A stretch of 62,659 bases of DNA, counting the filler, from Sphacelaria rigidula (lineage: Eukaryota): assembly GCA_964200075.2 (NCBI GenBank). It is 6 parts of 6 records of this genome, joined end to end, with 100 filler letters (N's around TTAATTAATTAA, not from the genome) between each part and the next. Parts side by side here need not be neighbours in the genome. Positions count along the whole stretch, not along the records: positions 31,382 to 41,741 come from CAXNAA020006656.1; positions 41,842 to 52,200 come from CAXNAA020006657.1; 4 more parts are not named here. One strand, 5' to 3'. The position numbers and the translations under genes were made by a program. Numbering within the stretch: position 1 is the stretch's first letter; each line of letters starts with the position of its first letter. The notes under the pieces are model-generated. The model searched no databases. It saw only the letters and a program-made list of their open reading frames with translations, and was not told the DNA's origin. Of the stretch, positions 38,054-51,394 are shown piece after piece.

Positions 38054-40604
38054 AAGGCATACCGAGAACCCTCGGGCGAGGGGGGGGTGAAGCGTTCCTG
38101 AGGCAAAGTGTGGCGTCGCCAGATCTCAAAACGGCACCGCAGGCGCCGATTTCGACAAAAACGCGTTCTGCGCACGCGAGGGGCAGTTGAAGCTGTTAGC
38201 CCCGCTAAAGATCCGAATATCGGTGTTTACGCTCAAATCAAGTAATAAATTTCCGGGAAGGTTCTAATCGACCAAGTGGTAAACACCACTGGTGTTGTTG
38301 CACTTTTTTTCGAATTAAAAAGAAAAGGGCGGTGGAATTGGTTCGAGCGAAATTCGCGAAATGGTACATGGTCACTCGTGTATGGTACAGACAATCTGTG
38401 CTGTCTGCACTGCTTGCGAACAGCGTGTCTTGAGTGCGCGTGTGCGTGTTTTGTACAGTAGTAGGGTTTTAAAGTAAAGAGGCAACGTGCAGTGCAGATA
38501 TTCTGTGACTTTCAGTTCTCTCTGCCTATAATGTGACGTGACAAAAGACTTCAACGACGTGCAGCTTTGTACTACCTGCACTCTTCAAGAGCGTGTACGC
38601 AACTCGGTTGCCCACCGTACTACGCAATGCTGTCGCTGATCCTACCGTGAAAGGAGATGCGCAAGATTTCGCCAGGAAAAAAACAAACAAAGCATATCCA
38701 ACTACTGCAGTATCTATCCCTATGCTCAACTCGTGCTCTATGCAAGGGAGTTGCGGTGGTAGCTGAGAATGAGTGGTACGGAGTTTGCATGGTTCTATGA
38801 ACAAGTGGTATCTGGCGTGGTGGCCTGTAAGGTAGAAGTCAAGTGCCCCTTCGTGCCTTTCGACCGCATGTTTTCGATCGAGAAAGCTTAACTTGGTTGT
38901 TTTTTACTTCTTCTCCGCGCGCCAAAAAATATTATAATGACGCCAACCAGGGATAGAAATGCGGTGGATCTAACAGGTGGGATTCTTTTCAATCATAAAA
39001 TTATTGGACAACACACCCTCAGAGTTTTAATTTTAAGTCTAAAAAGCACGGCGGAAAATAGAATATTCCGGTCTGATTGGTCAGGGTAGGTAATTATCTA
39101 TTTTCACGTCGTTTATGATGAAACAACGACCTATAACATCGGATTTTGTTTTTCACCACACTTCATCGATCGAAAAAGAATTTGCGAAGACACGACCTGA
39201 AGTTGCGACCACCAGTCGAAATCTCGCCGCATGTCTTGCACCTGTCTGTGCTTAAGCGGGATTTTCGGGGGGAGGCCCTGCACTCGTGGGAAACTACGTG
39301 AGTTACTTGTGCTCATACGCGCAGCCGTGACCCGCCAAAAAAAGGGACCGCAGCCGGCCGAGGGCCGGCAAGGGTCCTTGTACCAAAGCACATTTTCATG
39401 ACATCCCGTGGTGATACTCGATGGGCATCAATGTCATACGGGAAATTAGTATATGTACAGTTCATTCGTTTACTTGTGCCTTTTTCTTTTCCTTTTTCGT
39501 TGACAACGTGGGTACGGGCATCGTGGAATAACGAATGGGGGGGGGGGGAAGGGGGGGGGAGGGAAGGACACGGTTAATATTTCCAACAAGTTATTTACAG
39601 CTTGTTCAAGAGCCAGGGTGGGTGACGAAGTGCCAATTATCGCTTGCGATGATTGAGATGATACAAGTAGATTTTTACCTTCTTGGGCATCAACCCTTTT
39701 AGAACCCTCTCCTCCTATCCCCGGACCAAACGCCTCCTTATGAGAAGCCCTGACAAAGAGGAAAATATGGAAACAGGAAAAGCCGACGGCAACCATTCAT
39801 AATGGAAGACCGAAGAAGAATCCAGTAGCATGCGCGGCGGGTGCCGGAAAAGTGTCCTCCCTGGAGAGATCGGGTGAGGTTTATCCAATCATACCACGCA
39901 ATGGATGAAGTGTGTCAATTTGTATCCATCGACAATGATCATTATCAAGAACACTTTGAAACATTCCATACAAAAAAAAACAGCAATGGGTTCCCGGGTC
40001 TGGTACGGCACATCGGCATATAGGAAACAGCATTTTGTTCCACTTATCACTCGCACGAGTCTGAAAAATACGCATTGGGCGAATATTGTTGCGTTTGAGC
40101 TGTGAACCATCAAGCCATATCTTGCTATAAAATCGTCGAGTGCAAACGATCATTTTTTCACCGTGAGTTCCAAAAGGGATAAATGGTCATGATAATATCA
40201 AAAGACACCTTCGCTCGGCCATGCGCGTACTCCCGTGTTTCGTTGTTGTTTCTTTGGCGTGAAGGAGCAGGAGGACTCTTCCGAGGTGGAAATGAATCTA
40301 TCGCTGGACCCAGACGCGGACGCCACGACGGACGTTGAAGAAGAAAGCCTTCAAAGGTGAACAAAAGCCTACCGATACCGCCGAGCCTCGTTGATTTCAC
40401 TCGTGCACCCCCAAGAGTTGGAGCCCGTCTCATCGAGACGGGAGAAGGAAGCGAAGTGCAAAAGCTAGCGTCGAAAATCAGCGTGTTGTTGATTGGTCGT
40501 CGCAACCAGAGCGACGGACCGAGGGTAGCGGTGACCAATCAACACGCTGTTTTTTGTACACGTGTTCTTCTCTTGGCTTCTTAATTTTTTCTTTGTCCCA
40601 TTAG

Positions 40605-40713
40605 TCCTTCTATCGCCGGATGTAGTCCGTTTGTGACTGGGCATCACTTTCACTTGAAGGAGGAATGAAAATGAGGCCGTTTCACAACTGGAACACCTCC
40701 GATGGTCAAAGGG
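40605..40713. mobile_element. Short piggyBac-like MITE copy
   Basis: TTAG|TCCTT...AAGGG|TTAG. Confidence 0.55.
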
Positions 40714-40792
40714 TTAGAATGAGTCCTTGGCTAGGAAAAAGGGTTATCTCTTGAATCGCGACAGACGTGTTTCTTTGTTGTTTTCCAGAAAA

Positions 40793-41052
40793 GGGCAACG
40801 CTACGTGTGGTAGGGGTGCACTTTTTGCACAAAATGTTGTCTGGTTCAGGGACTCCGAACGATTCTAGATGCACAAGAATTTGGTTCAGGGTATCCCTGT
40901 TTGCAAATTCATTCCGGATGTCCCTAGCACGTTGGAATGGTGATCCTGGCGTACTCTCATATATTTCATAAGTCGTGTTTTGGATGAGATAACGGACTGC
41001 TAACGATTCTAACCCCAGAAAATATTTGTACACCCCAACCATGGCAGCACTC
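40793..41052. mobile_element. MITE family I copy (opposite orientation)
   Basis: Colinear with 60559-60819; AAAA on both sides. Partial copies open two contigs, at 20922-21001 and 31382-31416. Confidence 0.72.
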
Positions 41053-41493
41053 AAAAGTTCTATTATTTTTTTTGTCGTTTGAAATACTCGAGGACGTGAG
41101 AAGCACAGAAAATTCGACACAAAAGCGGTTGATGCGGCTGTACAGTAATGCTGTTCCGACCCGCGATACCAAAACCCGAGTTCTCGAAGATTCTCATGGA
41201 CTGGCCCACATGAATTTGACTGGTGGATACATACTGTGGTGCACAGGCAAACACAACACCAGAGATCCGAACAAGAAGTAACGAAGGTAGAGACGTCGCA
41301 AGCGCCGTAGCATGAGCTGAGAGACGCAACCGTTTTGCCTACTCTACTATTGTACACCGCGGCTGTAGAGTACATGAACACGGTTGCTCATCCACGTTTT
41401 CCCATTACCACGCTCGTGGCAAACAAACGTATAATAATGCCACCACTGAAACATTCTCGTTGTTCTCTGCTTAACGGAATATACAAGAATCAA

Positions 41494-41685
41494 TACGCTT
41501 CGGGCCGAACAATCTTAGGATGCAGCTCACCCTTCATGCGATGCGCTGAATACATCTCGGCGCATCGCGCTTGGTGATTGAATGCGAACCTGGTCCGGCG
41601 AAAACCTGGCGTGCTTCGTCCCGGCTTTGTAAGGATGCGAGGTCCATGGCCTTATGATGCGGCATGCATGATCATGAGTACGCCC
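41494..41685 (+). mobile_element. Family B long copy
   Basis: TACGCTTCGGGCCG...GGCGAAAACC...GGATGCGAGGTC...CATGAGTACGCCC, followed by a C-rich run. Confidence 0.8.
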
Positions 41686-41741
41686 TCAACCCCCCCCTCC
41701 CCCCCTGTTAGACACCCATGGGGCAGTGTATAAGCCGTGAC

Positions 41742-41841
41742 NNNNNNNNNNNNNNNNNNNNNNNNNNNNNNNNNNNNNNNNNNNNTTAATTAATTAANNN
41801 NNNNNNNNNNNNNNNNNNNNNNNNNNNNNNNNNNNNNNNNN
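41742..41841. other. Artificial contig-join spacer
   Basis: Same pattern. Confidence 0.97.
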
Positions 41842-43384
41842 GATCCTAAGGTGTTTTGAACTACGGTGCGGTCCTCTAAGCACGCGGTCCTCTCACGCAT
41901 TACAGACGCGACACAAAGCAAACTATAACTCTTCACCTCTCAGTTGCATTGACCGTGCAGGAGATCGTCACTAAAACGCGACAGCCCTCTTTTGCTATGA
42001 TTTTTTCAGGCGGTAAATAGATCGATGCCGACATTTCACCCGACGACAGAAGATGACTTCGCGTGATGATAGCGCATGTCAAGAAGCGCTCGACGTCAGC
42101 TGTGTGCGCCCCGTACCTCGTCCTCGCACTCCTGTGCAAGTCGCTCCAGGCATTTCACTCGCTCTTCGATGTGCCGCCGAGATGTGTCGCAGCGGCCACT
42201 GGCTTGTTTGTTTTCATGCCTGGGGTCACGGCGAGGTCGGTTAGATGTTTGTTAGGCGACAGTCAATGGATGACGATAATTGCCTGGGTGTAAATCTTTA
42301 CGCTTTACGTGATTGCCACAGCCGGTATCGACGATCTACTCAGAGGTTCCCTTACGGACAACAAGGCACGCACGTTCCTGAAGCAATAACTCTCAACCAT
42401 CGTTATCCCGTTACCCGCTGTGGCGTATGAAATGAATTTCCAAAAAATGATTACTGTGAGACATGTCCCGAAAGAAACGGGGAAAATGTAACGCCTCCGT
42501 CGCACACTTAATCCCCCCTCGCCCCCCCTTCAATCTTCCGGTTTACTGGAGAAACATGCAGCCTCAAGCCAAAGAGTTCACGCAGACAGGTTGTCCTTTC
42601 TCTGACTGAGGAAGTCTTCCAAGCATTTCCACCTTCCCGATCATGTTCCCCACTAGAGTTCCCCGCGTAGGTGTGATCGCACTGAGTAGAATTCATGCCG
42701 AACGTGCTTGCATTGCTGCGCACGCAAAACGACACTGTACTCGTTGTTCATGGCGCGCAAGCAACGGGTTTCTGGGAGGCTCTGCAATTCTCCAAGAACG
42801 TCGTTCTAGTAGTACGTCACGGATTTTGGCATTAACCGTACAAAAAAACGTTCTAGAGTGTAGGAGAGTCGATTTCAGCCAGGAGGTACAAGGTTTGCAG
42901 AAAAATTGCCGGCTCGAACATGTCCTAAGCCTGCAGCACGTTCAGCTATCGCGCTTGCATGTTCACAACGTCCGACATGCCTATGGCAGTTCGGTCTGGA
43001 CCAATACACACGCTTCAGACCAAATGTTGAAGACGGCAATGTGCGTTTTTCTGCTCGTTTTTCTGCGGCGACCCAAAGCAAGGATAAACCGAAAGGCCGG
43101 TGGCATTCACCCTAAAACCACATGGGATGAAGTCGTCTGAAAACGTTTCACTCGCATACACGCCGCTTGGCCAATAGCCAATGCAAGCCTATCATAAAGA
43201 TGGATGTTGAGTAGAGAGGAAGGGAAGGGGGGAATACCAGGCGTGAGTTCTTACTTGACAGCCTTCATGGGACAACAGCACTAGGGGAAACACCTAAGCC
43301 GCGAGCCGAAAACGTAGTGATTCGATCTTCGAGTGAGCCTTTTGTGCCTTTTAAGAGTACAACATCGACACAAGAATATCTCAC

Positions 43385-46300
43385 CTATGTTCAACAACGT
43401 TTCCCCTTGCAAATAAGCCCGAGAACGTGGCCCTGTCAGCCTTCTTCTGTTTAGCTTTCTCGACCCTCAGCTTATTCAGCAGTCCGCGCACGGCCTTGTC
43501 ACCAGGTGCCAATTTCGACGAACGCGCCAGATCCCTGCGTTGACATATCATACGCGAAAGCTGCGGTTTCGGCTGGTACATCTAAGTGAGGCTGACGCCT
43601 ACACATGTTGACAACATCACTATTACGACACAGGAGTACGCTGGAAAAAATGGTGGGATTGTCATCTCGACGGTTGGTGCTATTGTCGCTACGAGAGGCA
43701 CCTTGCGTCAAAAGGTGGTGAAGGACAATTCATCAGCGCTTGCTGAACGTCGTGCGCTGGAGATGGGAGGAGGAGAGGCTGTCACCCGAAAATCCTCCCG
43801 CGAAGCCTTGCTTGGGAAAAAGATCGATGGAAGAGACGGTTGGAATGCAACGTGTAGCCGCATATAGGCTCAATGAAATCATTTCCCCCCATTCGACGCC
43901 TGTGGACAGGCTCCCTCTCTCAAACACATCCATCTCACGAGAGTTGCTCGCGTGAGAAGCAATATGCTGTTGTGTTGACATGTGTCGATGTCGTGGCCTG
44001 GTGAATATCTAAACCTATGCATGAACGACCTGTTTCTTCACAATTGACGATAGGCATATCAACTATATGAATCTTGACGGTACATCGGTGACAGTGGCTT
44101 GGAGGTCAGCCATTGCGTTGAGGTTCTCAACAGGGCATGTGTTATAAGGTCGGCTATAGCGTTAAGGTTCCCAACAAGGCATGTGCTTGTCTACGGCAGG
44201 ACAGGTGCCTCCTGCCCCCCGAGTTCCCCTCGCCCCCCACAAGATTCACAAACCACTGGTCCGCCCTGCCGTGTCGCACCGTGCTGCCGTCGCCATGATT
44301 CAGTGTCCCCTGAATTTCGAGTGAACATCAGCATTTATAACTCCTCTGCAGCAGAGGCACGACATGAATGGCGAAATGGGCTTGAACGGTGGATGTTGTG
44401 AAGAGTTGTCAGAGAAACTGCATACCTAATTGCCTCTTCCAGCTCTAGCGCTCCAGAAGATGCAGGCGACACTAACCCTTTCGCTCGCCAGAACAGGGCC
44501 TTAGCGTTGGCAGGCTCCACTGTGAGAGCCGTCGTGCATGCTCTCCTTGATGTCATAAAGTCTCCGAACTCGAAGTATGCTCTAGCAATATTGAGTAGCA
44601 ACGTTGTCTTCATGTTCCTGTGCGGGGTACAAGGTCCAAACGTTTGGAGAGAAGTTTGGCGATGTCGGCGTTAGGAGCTTGGCTGGGTAGGGTCCGAGGG
44701 CCTTGAAGAAGATGATAGACTGGTCCAGGTAGAGCACTACCGTGAGTGCATTCAATCGTTTATACTACCGTGTGTGTTGTTGTTCCATCTACTCCGGACG
44801 CCAGTCTACACCTTTCGATATATGTGGGCGCATCAGCCGGGGTCACACAGGAGGACGGTCAGCACAGGAGCTTTTTCTTTTTTATTTATTTTTAGTACCC
44901 CACCTTCCTTCTGTGGTGCTTGCCTTTTTTTTTTCATCGCGAGAGGGGTTCAGCAGTCCTTTCCCTTGTCCCTTTCCCTCGTCGACCGTCAAGTCGAATT
45001 TTGTGTACCCACGACATAGTCGCTGTCCACTGTTGGGCGTGGTGTGAGAAAAAATTCCAGATCGCTCCGAGATTCGAACCCACGACTCAACCGTCAGAAG
45101 TCGAGGTTACCAACTGAGCCACCGGGGAGACCGGCCACGGTATTACGTTGCTAACTTCGGGCGCGATAGCAAAAAAAGTAAAAGATGGAGCTCATCCCTC
45201 TACTGCTGGAAGAAGTTCATGGAAAACGCTGAGTTTTTGCTAGCGGTTTCAACACCACGCCGCTGTGGTCTAATGGTCCGATGAACACCAGTAGGGTGCA
45301 GTAAGCATGGGTTCGATACCCGCCAGATGTGCCACGTTGTTTCTTTGAAGTATCAGATCCCGACTGTTGAAAACTTGAAGGGCCTGAGTATTGTAGTACA
45401 GACAAGCAGAATTTCAACTCGACGTGGTGCAGGAGTGCTGATAGTCATGATCCAATCGGCGAAACGAAAATGCAAGGCGTGTACCGTGGATAGAACGGTT
45501 GCTCCCGTGATACCACGGACTCGTCGCGAGGAAGGGAAGGGCTTTAGAGTGGGGCAAAGAAAACATTTTTGCTGGAGCGTCGGGGAAATCTCAAGTGTCG
45601 CATATAGTTACCGTGTATTTGGAGAAGATTGCACAAGCGGCCGGAGGTGTACTGCATCCGGCCGCACTGCGGAATCGTGAACGAAAATTGCTTGTTTGTT
45701 ACTTTCGTGATTCGTGATGAACAACGCGAGGCGACATGGGCTTCGTTTCACGTGAGGCGCCTACGCACGTTGGTATATGTATATAATATAGAGAGGCATG
45801 TCGAAGATGTCCCGATTGCGATCAACGATTACACGCTGCGAGCGAGGCCATCGAAGCGAAATGATGACATTTTTTGCAGTTGTTCAGGAGAGCCAAAGTT
45901 AGAGCGAGTAGCATCAGGAATCGTGCATTCTCGAGCAATGGGGAGGAAAAACCAGTGTTCAACTTCCCGCGTTTGCGAGCTATCCATTATCAAAGCGCGA
46001 ATCCGTAGGGACGTTGCTGCTTCAACCTCACACGTCAATATCAGAGGTTTAGACACAACTCAACATTGTATGTTTTGTTTGAAGGTTTCAGACCGACGTG
46101 GTGACCCTCTCGCCATATGGATTTTTATGTGCCTTCGCTACCTGAAAATCGTGTACATCCAGACAAATGAGGCCAAAATGCCGACCCTAAGGGCGCCTAT
46201 GTTGGGACTTGAATATTTGTTTGGATGCTGAGTGGTAGCATATTTGACATCGGTTCGTCATCAAAAGACTAAGTATCGCCGCCACGCGTTGCCAATATCA

Positions 46301-49300
46301 TGCAAAAGCGCGTTGTGACAATCCTGTCACACTTATCCAGTCCTGCAGCGTCCTAGGTTTCGCAAGGCATGACTTACCGAAATCCAACTGGAGAATAAGA
46401 GGGGAAATGTAAAGCGAAAATCTTGGCAACGTCACAACATCCACGGCCTATTTCCACTCCCAGCTGGATTCCTGGCCAGTGTGGCGGCCAAATTTCCTTT
46501 AATACGGCCGAACACTATGTCAAATAGGCGAGAGCTCAAGCTCCAGAGGAAAAGAATCGATACCCGCGAGAATGGACTCAACGATGCCATACGTTGGAGA
46601 AATTGTTCTTACAATGCTTCAGATCTGCCACTCGTGCGGAGACGGTGCTCAATATATATATATATATATATATAACGTGGTTTATCTCCGGCGGACACAG
46701 ATACGGATGCAAATTTGCTGTTGGCTTGGTCCAAATACATCTAGAGCTAAAAACACTCACGCCATCTGTGGTTGCGTCAAACTGCCCATTCGACACGGGA
46801 ATATTCCCGCTCGGAATTCAAGCCATCACGACCCGATGGTGTCATTGGTGTACCGACAGCCAGAAACGGTAGAAGCTTGCGGTGAGGGTTCGAGTCCGAT
46901 AGATGGCTTTTGTTTGCAGAACGTGGTTTGCGTAAATGAAAGCGTGGGAACGCGAATGGCAAAGAAAAGTCACCGAAAGTCGTGTAGAGGCGGGAGAGCC
47001 GATCCAATCCGTGGAGAGATGGCTTATTGCACTGAGACTACGGGCTCATCCCTCAAGGATCGAGGATGGGGACGCGCTCAACGTGTGATGAAGAGAGCAG
47101 GAACAAGTTGCAGAGGATGTCCGGCGTTCAAAGACGCGGTTTCTGGCGCTAACACTTTCATGACGACATTGCTGTATAAACTCTTACGTCCTTGGTACAG
47201 GACTTCAGAGCAAAGTATGCAAAACATGGTCGTACCTCGTTGATGAGCGATATAGAAGTGCAATTGGAAGATGGCCCGGCTGGAATCGAGCCGATATGTG
47301 GCAAGACGCCGGATTCGGGACGCAACAATAATGGATACAGCGTGCGAACATCTAGATAGTCATGAGGCCGGATTGAAGGTACGGGCATAGTTAGAAGTCC
47401 ACAATGTCTGTTTGCATGACCGTGTGCCTACGTTCGCGACATCGACTGGACTCACTTCAAAGCGTCCCTCTCCTCCGGCGTGCGGAAACAAAAGTTCACT
47501 TCCTCTATGTCTTCGTCCTTGATTCCGCTTGTTTTCCACTGAGGGTTGCGGCTCTCAAGATACCAGAATATTGCAAGTGCCTGTGTAGGAAATCGGCGGT
47601 TTGCTGCAGCGGTGGCATTATTTAGATAATCATAAGGTCAGCTCCGGTTTCAAACTTCGCCTGCAAGTGTCAGCACTCATGCCCTGACGCCTTCACCGAC
47701 AAGCATCATGCTCGCCTACTAATCCATCAACATACCTCTCTATCGTACGTCGAGAACCGTAGGGCACATCAAGGGTGCGGCTGTTGTGCTCCTTCCCTCC
47801 GACACGAGCAACTCCAACAGTAAGTACTACTTGCTGTATAGTAGTACCGAAACGACATCGTAGCTGAATCTTCGAGTACAAGTTTTGCTTTTCTCTTCAG
47901 GTTCCCGAAAAACTGATTATTTCTGTCGACGGTTCCAGACCCCCGCTGCGGTATCATGATGCACTTATTTGCTGATCAATTCCTGCCTTCAAATTGTGAT
48001 GCCAAGAGGGATGGGCCACGATTCATGTTTGCCTGTAGTTTATTACCCAGTGACAACGCCAATCTCAGGAACATACCATCGTACATGCACTGCGATGTCA
48101 CCTGTTCGTACGTTTGACAAGCCTCCGCGAAATGTCCCATTTTCATGTCCTCGTTACCCCTCGCCTTTATGGCGGCGCAACTCGCGAAGCGCTCCGGGTA
48201 AGATTGTAGTCGTGCCTTTCGCACCTGTGGACAGATACCGCGGGGAGTTACTATCATCGATAGTTGCCCGACCGCACAGGGCGACTTGTGTAAGTAGCTG
48301 CCAGCTTGAACTGGACTATGAAGACCTGGAATTGTCGTTCGGAACCGTATACAATCGAAGTCGCTAGGACAAAATTAAACTCACACGGTCGCCGAGGAAC
48401 AAAGACTTGTCACGAGACGCGGTGGTGCCAGCGCCGCAAGACTCGATTGGGGGCGATGCAAGGTTATAACCACATGTAACGACGGAGTATTCGCATCATT
48501 TGGTCGGGATTTTTCCACACACAGTGACTAAGAAGTACCTTATATACTGGTACAGCACATGAGGTCATCAGGTTACTGGAGTACAGTGGGCATCTCTGCC
48601 TTCGGTGACACTTTCGTGATGTGCACGACCTGTAGCATCATACTGAAATCGAGCAAGTATGGGACCCATTCTAGAATGAATCCGGTGCCACTTTGAACAC
48701 TGCTTCATTATTCATATTTAATTATTTATTTGCCGCACTTTGAACCCCCCCCTCCTCCGGTGCTCCGTCTCGAAAGGGATGCGTGGTCAATGGTCAAATG
48801 ACTAAGGCAAGCAACAAATGAGCACGCCCTTCCTCGGGGCGAGTCCGTGTTCTCAAGGGACCAACCCATCTCTCCCCGGTACACGCCTTGCATGTTGATC
48901 TCGCGGATTGGGTAATGACTATCAGCACTTCCGCACCGCGTCAACTCACGTCAAACAAACTCAGTCAACTACTTTGTTTACTCACGTTCTCACGGTGGAT
49001 GTCAGATACTGCGAAGGAAAAACTCAACGCATCGGGAATCGAAGCCTCGTTCTCTCCACCCAAATGGCGGCGGTCGGACCATTACACCACCAGGGCGCGG
49101 CGGCGTCTTTGCGTTCGTGAATAATGAATTGGCGTTGATTACAGACCGTGCTGAAGCCGGCATTGTTCGCGTTTTGTTGATACGAACGTGTCAAAGTTGG
49201 GCATTACAAATTATTCTTCCCACCCTGTACGGAGAGGCAGGGGGGAGCGCCGGGTGCGTACTTGAGAAAAAATCGTTCCATCCCAGCCCCGCGTCTCCAA

Positions 49301-50827
49301 CCTTGTTTACTTGAATTCACCGTTGCTCCCATCATAATTGTTCCCGTGCTCTTCTCTCGGCGTCACACGGCATGAAGACATCTACGCGTGTGTAAGGTGT
49401 TGGACCAAAACCTCCTTGAGTTAAGGTAGTATGGACAAATCCACGGAAGCAACACAACATAACTTGTTCGGGGGCATTGAGTCGAGCGAAAATGAGGTGA
49501 AGAAATGTGAGACCAGAATCCGACGCAGTCTCCCTTCAGGGTGCACGCGATGCTTCCACATATTGTTATGCTTAAGCCTACGATAACTTTGTTTCCTTAT
49601 CGCGCCTTACTAGGATATTGGCACCGACCGTTTTGATTGAAAAATCAACCGTCGTACTTTGACCCTTGAACCATACGATCCGGGAGTAGTTGAAGGCGAT
49701 GTAGCCGCAGTCCCGTATTCGAGATCTATGCCGATACCTACCCTGAGTGCATGCGCTTCGACAGGTGGAACACATTGCGAGAATGTCGATGATGTCAGAA
49801 AAGGGGTATTTACTGCCGGTTGTAGAGTACTGCATGCACCGCCAGTGGTAAGAACTTTACTATCCAACACGCCCGCGGCGCCTCGATTGTCAAAACAGCG
49901 CATCAATGACGCAACTTCGGGTCAAATGTGAGATTTCAAATTCCGTCAGTATATATATATATTGCTTTCGGCTCTGCCGTCCGAAACTTGAGAACAAGAG
50001 TTGGCGGTACACCCCGACAAGCTACGCTGCTGATCCAAGAGGGGGATGAAACAGGCGCCCGGGGACAGACGGGGTAGTTCCATGATAATATCGACGTGTC
50101 CCGAGGTAACTAACAGGTTTGAGAGTACGACAAAAATGACATACAACCACTCAATCCACATGTACCAAGGGAATTTGCCAGGTGAAGGGGGCAACTGTAC
50201 AGCAAAACAAATACACGTGCACTCTCTCACGTGCTACGACCGTTCACCACTATGCCTCCCTCGACAGTCCCGTTTTGTGGTGCGGACACCGCGCGGCTAA
50301 ATATCTCTGTGGAAGGTATGACGATTCCATGGACACAGACTAGACAGAAGCAACTACGAAGCGCCGATATAGGCGAAGGAGGAAAGGGTAGGGGCGACAG
50401 CAGGTGGGGCACATACTCAAGGACCACAAAGCACCAAAAAAGGGTGTGAACGTTTGATATGTCCAGCTGCGCGAGCTATTTACGCGCAAAGTAGCCCATG
50501 TATGAGGTTCTGGATACGTTCTATGTACAAGTTGCGGTATGCACAGGCATAAGCGACCTCTGGATTCTCGTTACTACATATCGGCGACGCAAAAACTCTA
50601 CTTGGAATGGCGTTTGAAGCTAAACTCGTCTTCTGATATACTATAGGGATGCTACATTGCACAAGTGTCCAGTATTCTCCCGCATTGCCTGGCACATGGA
50701 CTCTCACGGGGCGAAACACGCGTGACCGCACCTCCTCTGTGGCGAAGAGCGAAGCCTGTTGAAACTTGGGTCGTGCATCAAAGTCCACCCTGAGTGTGGC
50801 GTCCGTGCTCGTGCGGATCTTAATGGC
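43385..50827 (-). CDS. Spliced tetratricopeptide-repeat (TPR) protein, partial; FKBP/Cyp40-type TPR module
   Basis: Exons 50827-50732, 48224-48102, 47580-47456, 44617-44426 and 43534-43385 are CAG/GT-bounded and in phase. They give AIKARGNEDMKMGHFAEACQTYEQALAIF...LLLNIARAYFEFGDFMTSRRACTTALTVEPANAKALFWRAKG...AIRDLARSSKLAPGDKAVRGLL...KADRATFSGLF. The first and last exons are unresolved (candidate downstream exon near 42118-42200). Confidence 0.85.
44770..45135 (-). mobile_element. SINE family A copy (in TPR gene intron)
   Basis: Full-length colinear match with A box, B box and CA tail. Confidence 0.85.
45255..45542 (+). mobile_element. SINE family D, diverged copy
   Basis: TGGTCTAATGG and GGTTCGATACC boxes; 3' half (GATAGTCATGATCCAATC...GGACTCGTCGCGAGGAAGGG) matches family D. 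Confidence 0.7.
48759..48829 (+). mobile_element. Family C (short subfamily of B) copy joined tail-to-tail to SINE D
   Basis: GGTGCTCCGTCTCGAAAGGGATGCGTGGTCAATGGTCAAATGACTAAGGCAAGCAACAAATGAGCACGCCC; flanks resemble an imperfect TSD CCC(C/T)TCCTC. Confidence 0.75.
48827..49104 (-). mobile_element. SINE family D copy
   Basis: Reverse-complement colinear match to 13002-13302 (TGGTGTAATGG ... TTCGATTCCCG). Confidence 0.8.
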
Positions 50828-51296
50828 CTGGCGGAGAGTTCGCGCGCGTGTGTGTACGGCCATGCATCCTCACTGTAACAACAAGGGGCAGATTTTGCTC
50901 AACAACTACGATGACAGTGAGAAATTCACGATGGTGAACGTCGGGAGTGTTCGTCGATCAGTACTCAGGAACGGCCAATATTGAATACTTGAGCCACGAA
51001 ACATCCCCTCGGCAGCAAGCGCAATATAATAAGAGAAGAAGTGGTGCAACATAGAAGAGCGCAATTGCCCGAGAGCAGCAGAAAATATTCACTTTTGTAA
51101 TTTATCGTTTCAAGAAACAATCAGCACGTCGTGAACTCTACCGTACGGCGTCTTCCGTAGCACCCTGCAAGATCTTCTGAGACATCCAGTACATAGGCCA
51201 TACCCCAATCCGAACAAAAGCCTAATGACGGGCGCGTGTCCGGTAGATCCAATATTTGTACTACTCAGAATTGCCGATCAATACCTCTTTTAATTT

Positions 51297-51394
51297 TGCG
51301 AGCCTGGTCCGGCGAACACCCGGTGTGCCCGGCTTTGCAGGAATGCGAGATCAAGGGTCTCATGACTACGGCATGCAAGATCATGAGTACACCC
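51297..51394 (+). mobile_element. Family B truncated copy
   Basis: CCTGGTCCGGCGAA...CATGAGTACACCC. Confidence 0.7.

Noticed and set aside
41706-41741. TGTTAG... as the start of an LTR
   Set aside because: Only 36 bp before the contig ends; no second LTR or primer-binding site can be checked.
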